DNA of 62,677 nt, the filler included, from Nemertoderma westbladi (taxonomy: Eukaryota > Animalia > Xenacoelomorpha), in the NCBI GenBank assembly GCA_032718475.1. It is 3 parts of 3 records of this genome, joined end to end, with 100 filler letters (N's around TTAATTAATTAA, not from the genome) between each part and the next. Parts side by side here need not be neighbours in the genome. Positions count along the whole stretch, not along the records: positions 1 to 24,368 come from JAUCBJ010003368.1; positions 24,469 to 51,572 come from JAUCBJ010003864.1; 1 more part is not named here. One strand, given 5' to 3'. Of the stretch, positions 13,301 through 25,069 are shown in pieces (position 1 is the first letter of the stretch; the number at the start of each line of letters is the position of its first letter). Below the pieces are notes generated by a model that did not search any database, was not told the origin of the DNA, and saw nothing but the letters and a program-made list of their open reading frames with translations. Position numbers and translations under genes: made by a program.

Positions 13301-13745
13301 AACCCATCCGCTATCCGGCGTCCCTGTATGTACCGAGGTAGGTTGGAGGTTGAATGCAACCCATCCGCTATCCGGCGTCCCTGTATGTACCGAGGTAGGT
13401 TGGAGGTTGAATGCAACCCATCCGCTATCTGGCGTCTCTGTATGTACCGAGGTAGGTTGGAGGTTGAATGCAACCCATCCGCTATCCGGCGTCCCTGTAT
13501 GTACCGAGGTAGGTTGGAGGTTGAATGCAACCCATCCGCTAGCTGGCGTCTCTGTATGTACCGAGGTAGGTTGGAGGTTGAATGCAACCCATCCGCTATC
13601 CGGCGTCCCTGTATGTACCGAGGTAGGTTGGAGGTTGAATGCAACCCATCCGCTATCTGGCGTCTCTGTATGTACCGAGGTAGGTTGGAGGTTGAATGCA
13701 ACCCATCCGCTATCCGGCGTCTCTGTATGTACCGAGGTAGGTTGG
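10330..13745 (+). repeat. 57-bp minisatellite (53/50/46-bp variants), ~60 copies, built from the exon 2 end plus splice donor
   Basis: Unit ggcgtccctg(tatg)taccgag|gtaggttggaggttgaatgcaacccatcc(gctatcc). The first copy overlaps the coding exon. Confidence 0.95.
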
Positions 13746-13781
13746 CACATCCCTTTTTATTGGGCTGTTGTACATTTACAG

Positions 13782-13950
13782 GGGTAGTGTTGCGGCCACT
13801 TCGGAGGAAGCCTACTCAATCGCTAAAGATCTCGATGCTGAGGATTATATCGTTAAGGCCCAAGTACTCGCTGGTGGGAGGGGCAAAGGGAAGTTCGAGA
13901 CAGGCCTCAGAGGGGGAGTTCAGCTGGTCTTCTCTCCGGAGGAAGTCAAG
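13782..13950 (+). CDS. SUCLA2: SUCLA2 exon 3
   Basis: ttacag|(R)[56 protein letters not shown]|gtatat. [12 protein letters not shown] signature; VFSPEE resembles SUCLA2. Confidence 0.95.
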
Positions 13951-13965
13951 GTATATATGTGAGTC

Positions 13966-16450
13966 CTAGGCTAGGTAGGTCGGTGCTAGTCTAGATTGGT
14001 GGATGCTAGACTAGGTATTTGAGTGCTAGAATAGGTATGTGGGTGCTAGACTAGGTTGATGGGTGTTAGACTAGGTAGGTGGGTGCTATACTAGGTAGGT
14101 GGGTTCTATACTAGGTTGGTTGGTGCTAGGCTAGGTAGGTCGGTGCTAGTCTAGGCTGGTGGATTCTAGACTAGGTATTTGAGTGCTAGACTAGGTATGT
14201 GGGTGCTAGACTAGGTTGGTGGGTGCTAGACCTGTTACTGTTAGGTGGGTGCTAGACTAGATTGGTGGGTGCTAGACTAGGTTGGTGGTTGCTAGACTAG
14301 GTTGGTGGTTGCTAGACTAGGTTGGTGGTTGCTAGACTAGGTTGGTGGGTGCTAGTCTAGGTAGGTTGGTGCCAGACTAGGTATTTGAGTGTTATACTAG
14401 GTAGGTGGGTGCTAGACTAGCTTGGTGGGTGCTAGACTAGGTGGGTGGGTGCTAGAATAGACTAAGTAGGTTGGTGACAGACTAGGTATTTGAGTAGACT
14501 AGGTAGGTGGGTGCTAGACTAGCTTGGTGGGTGCTAGACTAGGTGGGTGGGTGCTAGACTAAGTAGGTTGGTGATAGACTAGGTATTTGAGTGCTAGAAT
14601 AGGTAGGTGGGTGCTAGACTAGGTTGGTGGGTGCTAGACTAAGTAGGTTGGTGATAGACTAGGTATTTGAGTGCTAGACTAGGACGGTGGGTGCTAGACT
14701 AGGTGGGTGGGTGCTAGACTAGGTGGGTGGGTGCTAGAATAAGTAGGTTGGTGATAGACTAGGTATTCGAGTAGACTAGGTAGGTGGGTGCTAGACTAGG
14801 TTGGTGGGTGCTAGACTAGGTTAGTGAGTGCTAGACGAAGTAGGTTGTTGACAGACTAGGTATTTGATGGCTAGACTATGTAGGTGGGTGCTAGACTAGG
14901 TTGGTGGGTTCTACACTAGGTAGGTGGGTGCTAGATTAGGTTGGTGGGTGCTAGACTAGGTTGTTGCGTGCTAGACTAGGTTGTTTGGTGCCAGACTAGG
15001 TATTTGAGTGATAGAATATGTAGATGGGTGCTAGACTAGGTTGGTGGGTGCTAGGCATGGTAGGTGGGTTCTAGACTAGGTTGGTGAAAGCTTGACTAGG
15101 TTTGTGGGTGCTAGACTAGGTTGGTGGGTGCTAGACTAGGTAGGTGGTTGCTAGACTAGGTTGGTGGGTGCTAGACTAGGTAGGTTGGTGACAGACTAGG
15201 TATTTGAGTAGACCAGGTAGGTGGGTGCTAGACTAGGTTGGTGGGTGCTAGACTAGGTTGGTGGGTGCTAGACTAAGTAGGTTGGTGATAGACTAGGTAT
15301 TTGAGTAGACCAGGTAGGTGGGTGCTAGACTAGGTTGGTGGGTGCTAGACAAGGTTGGTGAGTGCTAGACTAAGTAGGTTGGTGCTAGACTAGCTTGGTG
15401 GGTGCTAGACTAGCTGGTGGGTGCTAGACTAGGTGGGCGGGTGCTAGACTAAGTAGGTTGGTGGCAGACTAGGTATTTGAGTGCTAGACTAGGAAGGATG
15501 GTGCTAGACTAGCTTGGTGGGTGCTAGACTAGGTGGATGGGCACTAGACTAGGTGGGTGGGTGCTAGACTAGGTTGGTGGTTGCTAGACTAGGTTGGTGG
15601 GTGCTAGACTAGGTAGGTTGGTGACAGACTAGGTATTTGAGTAGACCAGGTAGGTGGGTGCTAGACTAGGTTGGTGGGTGCTAGACTAGGTTGGTGGGTG
15701 CTAGACTAAGTAGGTTGGTGATAGACTAGGTATTTGAGTAGACCAGGTAGGTGGGTGCTAGACTAGGTTGGTGGGTGCTAGACAAGGTTGGTGAGTGCTA
15801 GACTAAGTAGGTTGGTGCTAGACTAGCTTGGTGGGTGCTAGACTAGGTTGGTGGGTGCTAGACAAGGTTGGTGAGTGCTAGACTAAGTAGGTTGGTGCTA
15901 GACTAGCTTGGTGGGTGCTAGACTAGCTGGTGGGTGCTAGACTAGGTGGGCGGGTGCTAGACTAAGTAGGTTGGTGGCAGACTAGGTATTTGAGTGCTAG
16001 ACTAGGAAGGATGGTGCTAGACTAGCTTGGTGGGTGCTAGACTAGGTGGATGGGCACTAGACTAGGTGGGTGGGTGCTAGAATAAGTATGTTGGTGACAG
16101 ACTAGGTATTTGAGTAGACTAGGTGGGTGGGTGCTAGACTAGGTGGGTGGGTGCTAGACTAGGTTGGTGAGTGGTAGACTAAGTAGGTTGATGACAGACT
16201 AGGTGTTTGAGTGCTAGACTAGGTGGGTGGGTGCTAGACTAGGTTGGTGGGTGCTAGACTAGGTTGGTGAGTGGTAGACTAAGTATGTTGGTGACAGACT
16301 AGGTATTTGAGTGCTAGACTAGGTAGGTGGGTGCTAGACTAGGTTGGTGGGTTCTACACTAGGTAGGTGGGTGCTAGATTAGGTTGGTGGGTGCTGGACT
16401 AGGTTGGTGGGTGCTAGACTTGGTAGCTTGGTGCTAATCTAGGGTGGTAG
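13966..16450. repeat. 20-bp G/T-rich minisatellite (~120 copies)
   Basis: Unit gtgctagactaggt(a/t/g)ggtgg with degenerate variants; begins ~15 nt after the exon 3 donor. Confidence 0.93.
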
Positions 16451-17103
16451 ATGTTATATTTGGTAGTCAAAATAGTATCATAATATTACATATAAACTCC
16501 AAGTAGTAATCTAAAACTTTATTTATAACATATTATTCTGTAATCATATAATGTATTTTATTCGAAAATTGAATATTATGTATATCTGTAGGTAGAGAAG
16601 AAGGGTGTATATAATGTAGAACTTTTTACGGCGGGTGAGAATTGTTTTTACGACGTGTCGGATTTCAGTATCGTCTATAGGACACAGGATTTTATGAGTT
16701 AGGCCATGGACTACTACATACATAGTGTACTGACTCTATATTTAGTATTCCGTTGTTAGGCCCATTAGTCACCATTACCGGTACAACAAGTACGTGTATG
16801 TCAGTCACCACTTACTTTAATTTTACAGGCTATTTGCAAACTGTACCGGTGCAACTGTATTCCTATATCATCCCACACCACATACCGTTTATAATCATAA
16901 ACGTCATTACCGCTATGTCGAAAGAATGTGTTAGCGATGTACAGGAATGAATTACCGGTACCTGTACAAGTAGACACTCTTTGGTGTATTGGAATTTCGT
17001 TTTAATAAATATTTCCATTTTCGAATAAAATTTACCTCGAATTTATAAAGCCTCTCACTGTAATCTTATGAAGTAATGAAGTGTAACATTATAATACTTG
17101 CAG

Positions 17104-17240
17104 AACATATCTAGTCGCATGTTAGGATCGAAGTTAATTACAAAACAAACTGGATCAAAAGGTCGTCTCTGCAGCAATGTATTCGTATGTGAACGTCTGT
17201 ACTCGAAAAGGGAATTCTACTTTGCGATTACAATGGACAG
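17104..17240 (+). CDS. SUCLA2: SUCLA2 exon 4
   Basis: ttgcag|[45 protein letters not shown](R)|gtacgg. TKQTG and REFYFAI motifs. Confidence 0.95.
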
Positions 17241-17642
17241 GTACGGAATTCTCCACTTACTGCCACAGGGATATTATTATAACTTTATTCGCTTACTTTT
17301 GGGAATACTGTATTGTTTCAGTATTGTGATACAGCTTATAATTAGATCATACCGGTCCGTTATACCAGTAGGCCAACGTTATTGGGAAGATGTCAAACTG
17401 AAGTTAAATAAACGTTGCTGTATATAAAATTTACTTAATATTCCCCACTCGAGCCATCGTAAAATAGATTACATTTAATTGAAACAATTTGTGTAGAACC
17501 AACGTAAACGATACACATTACTGAATATAGTGACAAATCAATCTATTGTATTTATGTAGTCCAAAAAATTTAGACTTTGCAAGTGGTTGGCGTTTGCGAC
17601 AGCTATAGTAAACCAGCTGGTTGTATTGGGTAATTATTGCAG

Positions 17643-17755
17643 GAGTTTTAACGGACCTGTTATCATCGCATCTAGTCGAGGAGGTATGGACATAGAATCA
17701 GTTGCGGCAGAGGAGCCGGAAGCTATACTAAAGGAACCCATTGATATTATTACAG
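17643..17755 (+). CDS. SUCLA2: SUCLA2 exon 5 (gene incomplete in this contig)
   Basis: ttgcag|(R)[37 protein letters not shown](G)|gttagt. GGMDIE motif; phases are consistent across exons 1-5. Confidence 0.95.
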
Positions 17756-18049
17756 GTTAGTAGCTAGCTGACCACGCCCCCAGTACACCGCGCACGCACA
17801 CTATACTATCTCACACATTTACATAACTGTGGGGCGAGCCACGAAGCCGCTGAACCTTAGCATACAGTGTAGTGCGACCAGTGTCCTCATTTGCCTCATA
17901 ACTTTTTAGTCGGCGATGTTTATTTTCGCTTTCACAATGTCGGTACTATTGTTTGAAGAAAATATTGAGATTCAACAATCATCGACAGAGGTTCATTATA
18001 ATTCCAGTGATTATTATGATGACAATTTGTTTTAGAGTTCTGTAAACAT

Positions 18050-18850
18050 TGATTCAGTTGAGATGAGTAGGGGAACTGAATGGAATAAAATGTTAGATAT
18101 TTGAGAAGGAAGCCATGATCCTACTTTAGGTTTGATCAATATTTATGTTCCAAGGGAATAGTTTAATCTCATAAACGATCATTAGCCCTTAGGGTCATCA
18201 TTTGTCAAAGATGCACTGGATGATCTTTCTCCTCCTATTTATTATATTCATAACGGACACCAGGGGATTGTGAAATGTAAAAGGAGAGCCAAAGAATCAG
18301 TTTGGTGGCCGGGAATAGGCAGATTTATAGAAGTACGACGATGTCTAAGGTACATAGAAGCAAATAAAGGCATGTGGAGCCGATGATATTTACTCATTTC
18401 CAAAGAGATATTAATTATTGTGTTATTTAATAAATAATAATCGATTGTTTTTCTCGATATGTTGAGGTAACAACGCTTAAAAATATACAAGATATGACGG
18501 TCGTGGTCAACACTGCAGTGTATTTGCTAGACATGGAATTACAGTAGATTCTGTTTCTTATAATGGGTCACAATAATTAATATACGTCGGGCATATTTAA
18601 CAAAAGTGCTAGTTTATGAATTCTACAATTCCACATCGTCTCCAAAGTACGCTCAGGCAAATGGAAAATAAGAATGTTCAGTAGAAACAGTTAAGAACAT
18701 AATATTTAGAAGGTCACACGAGCAGGGTGTTAATTTAGTACTTAAGTCATATAGGTCAACTCCTTTGTCAAATGGATATAGGGATATAGCCCAGCAGAAC
18801 TCTTCTTTAGGTGGCAAATACGAACTATTTTGCCGCAGATTCCCAGTACA
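18050..18850 (+). mobile_element. Decayed Ty3/Gypsy integrase fragment
   Basis: Interrupted translations [39 protein letters not shown] and YRSTPL..GY..SPAEL, with stops and frameshifts. Confidence 0.8.
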
Positions 18851-20393
18851 ACAATGCGGTTGATATTTTTCGCTACGGAGAGCATTATCATATTGTCTTA
18901 TTTACATTGTATATTTAATACACAGCGTCACTCACCCCACAACAATTCACTTATTATTAACAATTAATTGTGGATCATCAGAAGCGTCAACGTTACGAGT
19001 TAGAGGATAAAGTGGTGAAGGGGGGTTGCTATCTATTATGGTAACTACCATGTAAAGAGACCAGCTCAGTATTATATTATTATTATCTAAGTAACGTATT
19101 GTTTTATACCAACTTAATACTTAACATATTACTTAACCAGCTTAATAATGTGTGTGGGAACCATATTTTCCTTTTAACGTTATCGGTCAGTTTAAATTTT
19201 CGTCATTCGAAATAGGCGTTGTCTAGTGTGAAACTTTTATCGTGATTTGCAGTGATTGGACTGACAGAAATTCGGGCGGTCGAAATCTATTTGTTCCGCA
19301 CTAAACTAAAGCTCTCTGACTTTGTGGCTAAACTGCCACACCAGCTACAAAGATGAATTCTACTGCTAACTAAAAGCCTGCCTGCCCTGGGAACCGTCAA
19401 TATGAGTAGCAGATGGGGTCATAAAGGAAGTACTTCAGTTCCCATAGATGCTGTTGTACTGGGCTGTACATATATCAGTTGTGGCGTCACGTTGCAACTC
19501 CCACAATATTAAATACATCCAACCCAACCCTTCTTACTAATCATATAGTTAGTAAGTCAGTTTATTAATATATAATAATAAAATTGTAATAGATTGAAAT
19601 ACTAGTTTAATATTGTATGACGAGATATCGTACTTTTGGATAATATCGTACTTTTCGATATTACAGTTTCATTGTCTTAGTTATTGAAATTTCAATTTAG
19701 ATTATTGCCAATTTAATTAAGTGAGCGAATAGCATTATAATAATGGGAAACTAAACCAGTTACATCATCATTGTGTGAAATAAAGTAGCACCACAATGTT
19801 ATGATCAGAATGTCCTCCACATTCCTCTAAATTATATCATATTATTTTAGATTTTGTGGAATATCTTAAATTAAAAAAGGGTATCTTAACCTCAGCTGTG
19901 GGGCGAGCCACGCAGTCAGGGCGAGCCACAGTCAGGTATGTATGTATAGTGTTATACTGTAACTGTAAGTATCCCCGTCTAGTGTGTTGGTGTATTTCTC
20001 TATGTGTATCCATGTATTATCTCTACATCTGTATGTTGGTATTGTTTTTTCTACTGGTACGTTACAGACAGGTACATTTGTGACCTGTCCATTCCAAGTC
20101 CACTGTCCTGTAGGCCTACTTATATTCCTGTATTCTAATAGGCCTATTTATTTATGCTGACGACTGCTCCTGAAATAGGATAATAAATCTGTGCAAAATT
20201 AATTCATTATTACCGGTATCTAATTTATTGGACTTTGTACAGTCTGACAGTAGTATACAGCTGTACAGGAAAACTGTTAAAACTATATAGGCCTACGATA
20301 CCGGTATTTAATATACTCTAAGGCAGTAAGGGCTACCGATATGCCATTTCATTCAGCATTGCCCTAACCCAGTAACCATACCGAGTATTTCAT

Positions 20394-22433
20394 ATGCAGT
20401 CTGAATATGCGGTTGTTGATGTCCGTAATAATTGTAACCGGGAATTAGAGATACAGACTGCGACTATTATACCTACAATGATGGGAACTCAATGGGGCAA
20501 TATAATAAACCTAAGTAACAGCATTGTCGGAGTCGGTGTGCTGGCGATGCCCTTTTGTTTCAAACAATGCGGACTTATTTTAGGAACATTGCTACTCGTC
20601 TGCGCGGCTTTAATAACCGGGATAAGTTGCGATATGTTAATGAAGTCCGCGTTGGCTACACACAGAAGGACTTACGAGTATCTAGCTTACGTAACCTACG
20701 GGCGACTGGGTAAGGTCGCTGTAGAACTATGTTGTATTGGCCTACTCATCGGGTGCATGGTCGCATTTTTTGTTGTTATTGGCGATTTAGCGCCTTCAAT
20801 TATATCGGAATTCTTAGACTTACAGGACAGTCCTTCGCTTCGGGTATTTATTATGATAGTGTTGGGTTTTTTCGTGGCGTTCCCTTTATGTTTAATGAGG
20901 GATCTCAACAGTTTGAGCGCTTTAAGCGCTGCTAGTATCGTGTTTTATTTAATCTTTGTGTTGGAAGTTTGGCGTATAGCTATTCCTAACGTCGCTACAA
21001 CGGCCTCCCAACTGGATTACTGGAAAACCGAAGGTTTATTTATAGCCGTTCCTATATTCTCTCTCGCGTTCACCTGTCAGACTACGTTATTCAGTATCTT
21101 CGACTCACTACCTGATATGAACCGCAATAAGATCACAGGTATTACCAGATCAGCTATCTTTCTCGTCTGCAGTCTGTACTTCCTCGTTGGAACTCTCGGC
21201 TACATCGCCTACGGATCGTTCGTAGACGGAGATATCCTCCGTAACTTCGAAGGTAACTTCTCCGGGAAGTTATTTAAACTCGGTTTCGTATTATCCGTGG
21301 CGATCAGCTTCCCTTTAGTGATGTTTCCCTGTAGGACGAGTCTTAATACTCTAATCTACGGCCCTTATAAGGTCACACAACCCGACGGGCCACCCACCTC
21401 CAGTCTCACATACATTCCCGATCCTCGTTTTACGGTAATCACCCTCGTTGTGCTCGTCGGGACTATGTTAATCGGGATCCTTATCCCCCAGATTGAGTTC
21501 GTTCTCGCTATCACCGGGTCTACTATGGGCATGTGCATCGCGTATATATTCCCAGCTCTAATACACCTTAAAGCTTTTAAGGCTCACGAGGATAACAAAG
21601 GGAAGAGTAGAGGACTATTAGTGGCTAAGTGTTTGTTAGCTACCGGGTTCGTCTTAGCATTCCTGTGTACGACGTCGGCTCTGTACTCGCCAGCTACCCA
21701 CAGCCCCAAGGATAGTGACGCCGCTGCCGTGCAGATAAAGGATATACCGCTCGATGCCGTAGTCCGGGAAGCGGAAGTAAATGATAACGTCATAGCACGG
21801 ATTCCGGAAGTAAAGGATGACGTAATAGCACGGAATTCTGAAGTAGAAGATGACGTCATAGCACGAAATCCGGAACTAAAGGATGACGTCATTTTACGGA
21901 AACCGGAAGTTAAGGATTACGTCATAGTAAATGATGATTCCGACTCAATTGTAATAAAACCGCCTTTGGATGACGAAGAAATTGTGGTGAATGAGAGGGA
22001 TAAGGATAGTAAACTGATTGTTGATAAGAATGATAAAAAGGTTGAGGAAAGTCAGAAGAAACTCGAAGAAGCTGTGGATAAGTTGGAACAGAAACTGGCG
22101 CCGGTAGAGCAGGGAGTCGATCATGGGAAACTGCCGGTTGAGCCTGGCGTTCAGGTTAAACGAGATGTGGATGAGTCACAAATAGGGCACCCCGTAGTAG
22201 CTACCATTAAGGGGGTTGCTAATAATTTAGTGACTGGTAATAATAATCATTTAAATAAAGGGAAACACGTTGAATCGGTTACTAGGGACGCTGTTAGCGA
22301 TAAGGTTGCTAAGCTTAAAGCTGAAGTTACCACTGTTGGCAATGCAGTTACAACTGATTGTCCAGATGATATTTGTCTTGTTAATGCGAATATTAAACAA
22401 TCTACCCCCCAGGGTGTCGATTCTCTAAGGTAA
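20394..22433 (+). CDS. SLC38A10: Sodium-coupled neutral amino acid transporter 10-like, single-exon ORF (probable start ATG 20478)
   Basis: 679-aa ORF. WGNIINLSNSIVGVGVLAMPFCFKQCG, RRTY and AFFVVIGDL match SLC38A10; about 11 hydrophobic segments, then a long acidic/coiled-coil tail. Confidence 0.92.
   Translation: MQSEYAVVDVRNNCNRELEIQTATIIPTMMGTQWGNIINLSNSIVGVGVLAMPFCFKQCGLILGTLLLVCAALITGISCDMLMKSALATHRRTYEYLAYVTYGRLGKVAVELCCIGLLIGCMVAFFVVIGDLAPSIISEFLDLQDSPSLRVFIMIVLGFFVAFPLCLMRDLNSLSALSAASIVFYLIFVLEVWRIAIPNVATTASQLDYWKTEGLFIAVPIFSLAFTCQTTLFSIFDSLPDMNRNKITGITRSAIFLVCSLYFLVGTLGYIAYGSFVDGDILRNFEGNFSGKLFKLGFVLSVAISFPLVMFPCRTSLNTLIYGPYKVTQPDGPPTSSLTYIPDPRFTVITLVVLVGTMLIGILIPQIEFVLAITGSTMGMCIAYIFPALIHLKAFKAHEDNKGKSRGLLVAKCLLATGFVLAFLCTTSALYSPATHSPKDSDAAAVQIKDIPLDAVVREAEVNDNVIARIPEVKDDVIARNSEVEDDVIARNPELKDDVILRKPEVKDYVIVNDDSDSIVIKPPLDDEEIVVNERDKDSKLIVDKNDKKVEESQKKLEEAVDKLEQKLAPVEQGVDHGKLPVEPGVQVKRDVDESQIGHPVVATIKGVANNLVTGNNNHLNKGKHVESVTRDAVSDKVAKLKAEVTTVGNAVTTDCPDDICLVNANIKQSTPQGVDSLR
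21774..21930 (+). repeat. In-frame 33-bp (11-aa) coding tandem repeat, ~5 copies
   Basis: EVNDNVIARIP/EVKDDVIARNS/EVEDDVIARNP/ELKDDVILRKP/EVKDYVIV. Confidence 0.85.
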
Positions 22434-22637
22434 TAATAATATTGGTTGTGGTTTTTTTATTTATTTATTTATAATACACCATATCTTTTTGAAAAGTAGA
22501 TACATCCGTAATGGGGCGTTCCTAATAGGTGAACTCGAACTGAATATATAAAAGTTATTCATCACCGCCGGACTATCTTTACACTACCGGTACACGAAAC
22601 ATTGAAAATGTATCCCTCTCCAGAGGAAATCGATTCA

Positions 22638-22837
22638 AATGTTAATTGTCAATTATTAATGGAAAGCCAACACAGCAGGTTACAGTTTTATTTTTGCTGG
22701 TAATATAATACCTGTTATTTGAAATAACAGGTATTATTACCAGCAAAAATAAAACTGTAACCTGCTGTGTTGGTTTTGGTTAGAATAACATGTCACTTCA
22801 TCCTGTTCCTTTCCACTAATAATTGACAATTAACATT
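22638..22837. repeat. Long inverted repeat downstream of the SLC38A10 stop
   Basis: Near-perfect ~52-bp arms across 22667-22773, centred on 22721, plus outer arms 22638-22666 and 22809-22837. Confidence 0.85.
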
Positions 22838-24368
22838 GTTAATTTTCTGAGATGGAATTTAATTCAATGTGTGCTTTGAGTACTTACACCTGTGTACTTA
22901 TATATATTTTCATTAATATAACTATTTATTACACGCAAGGAAGGAGTGTTGATTTTTTTCCGCAGAGATATTTTAAAGCGCCCACCTAGAGTTCGTGAAC
23001 TTTATGACGCAATTGCAGCAGTAATAAAGAAAAATCAATGCAATCCTATTGATTACCTTTTTTCCTAGGGAAAAAGCACTCATATTTCTCCCATTTTGAG
23101 GTATATACGAGCAAAAAGTAACAATTTTAAGAATAAAACTTATTATTTTAATTCGAATCCCAACAACCTAAGCTCCGTGTTAATTTGCCCGGATCCGGAA
23201 AATAGGCCCGGATTTCCTGAGCCGGAGCTCTGTTGCATCCCTACCTCACACTGCCTGCGAGGGTCGCAGCTGCCTGGGGCTGGAGGATGGCGCTGGGCTG
23301 CCCACACCCCCATAAAAACCCCCGGTTCAGTGGTACATCTGTACATTGCAAACACAAACTGGCAAGCTAAATTAAAACACAATATTTCAAATGTTACTGA
23401 CAGTTTGCGGAAATGTTATTAATATTTTATGTGAGTTCCAATTAAAACCTGCGATATTTCCATAGCTATGATACAGACCAATCGATAAATGAAATCCAAA
23501 AAATATATTGTGTCCTAGTGGACGTAGGGATTGAAAAATATGATACTTTAGGGGGTGGGGGGGTTACCTCCTCCTGGGGTAACATTTCCATATTTTTGGT
23601 GTTTTATTTCATCTGATGCAGAATATAATGGAGATTTCAAATCTTAAAACGGCTTGGCGAGATCTTTTTAGTTCTCGAGTTAACGATGTATTTCCGTCTA
23701 CCAGTTTAGTTTGTCCGTCAAAATTTAGAAGACAGACAGACAAACCGTCAGACATACATATTATATTCCACCAAATATTAAAACTAACATCGGAAATAAA
23801 GTCACCGACCCCGAAAATTGTAGTTAGTTGGTATGAAGCCATAGTGCCAAACATTATTAACTTATTAACAGACCACAGGGAGACATGTTTGAGCGGGAAT
23901 GTTCAAACTTTAAAGCAAATTATCTCAGAATTGCATTTTACGAATTTTCAAAATACTACTCATACTCAGGCATTTTTCACTCAATTTCGATAATTCATCG
24001 CTCATTTGAAAGGTTTTTGAAGTTCTTTGAAAAAGTCTCCAGCCTCACATTTTTGAAAAAAAAATTTGAAATATTATTGCGAATTGTAATTAATTTAATA
24101 AATTAAAATCAATTAATTTAATTAAAAATTTATAATTAAAAAAATCGGCTGGAGAGTTGATTCCAAAAAGTTGGTTTCAACAAATTTGAGTTAGGTACCT
24201 CCTACCTGTATGTATCCCCCTCCCCCCCCACCCCCCCCTCCCAGTGGCTAGCCGCGCTGTTTTGTCAACGAAATAACGCAATGTATCCTTCTGGTCTACG
24301 TTATAATTTAAATAGAATGAGGTGATGGTCTTAGTTTTTCATTATTTTCAAGAATAACCAAAAATATG

Positions 24369-24468
24369 NNNNNNNNNNNNNNNNNNNNNNNNNNNNNNNN
24401 NNNNNNNNNNNNTTAATTAATTAANNNNNNNNNNNNNNNNNNNNNNNNNNNNNNNNNNNNNNNNNNNN
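24369..24468. other. Artificial contig spacer (six-frame stop linker)
   Basis: 44 N + TTAATTAATTAA + 44 N. Confidence 0.97.
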
Positions 24469-25069
24469 CCCCAGTATTCGCCATAACGAGGTACGGGACT
24501 ATTTAGCTGAGTTGCTCAACGAGGTGGCCCATGATGTTGAGAGTGAACCCGGTCTACAACAAGTAGAGAGCGAGGAATTTCGGCTGGCGAGCACCTCAAG
24601 GGACCCGGATGCGCGGCTGGATGTAGCGGCGTGCGGGGTCTGGGGCGGGAGGTTCGAGAAAGTATACGTGGACGTAAAGATATTCAACCCGCTGTGCTCC
24701 TCTAACCCCCATTCCATTTCGTCCGCGTATCAGAAGCACGAGAGGGAGAAACGACGAAAATACGAGGAGAGGATAAATGAGATCGAGCATGGAGGTTTCT
24801 GCCCGTTCATCATGGCTACCACAGGGGGCGCTAGCAGAAGCGCGCATGCGCTCATAAATCGAATATCGCTCCTCCTCTCAGTCAAGCGGGATTCTCCCTA
24901 TTCGCAGACCGTGTCTCTCGTGCGGACGAAGTTAAACTTTGCCCTGCTGCGGTCCGCTCTAATGTGTCTGAGGGGCGCCCGCACACCAAAGACCCGGCAG
25001 TCCACACAATCGCTGAGGGAAACCGGTATCCTCTGCGCGGTAGCCGAAGGTCTGGAGGTGCGGGCGTAG
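24469..25069 (+). mobile_element. 3' end of CRE-like non-LTR retrotransposon (restriction-like endonuclease domain)
   Basis: PSIRHNEVRD, ARLDV, DVKIFNP, HEREKRRKYEERI and FALLRSALMCLRGAR. Frame intact; truncated by the contig start. Confidence 0.8.

Noticed and set aside
942-13750. Many overlapping ORFs (MSQPLNA, CDIALSG, GWVAFNLQP types)
   Set aside because: They are open in several frames and on both strands because the 21- and 57-bp units lack stops.
19253-19356. Candidate SUCLA2 exon 6 (VIGLTEIRAVEI...)
   Set aside because: It follows an acceptor-like site but hits a stop and lacks the expected LY..F...D....EINP motif.
24369-24468. TTAATTAATTAA as a biological motif, and gene linkage across the N runs
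   Set aside because: Identical artificial linker at both gaps; adjacency of the three contigs cannot be assumed.
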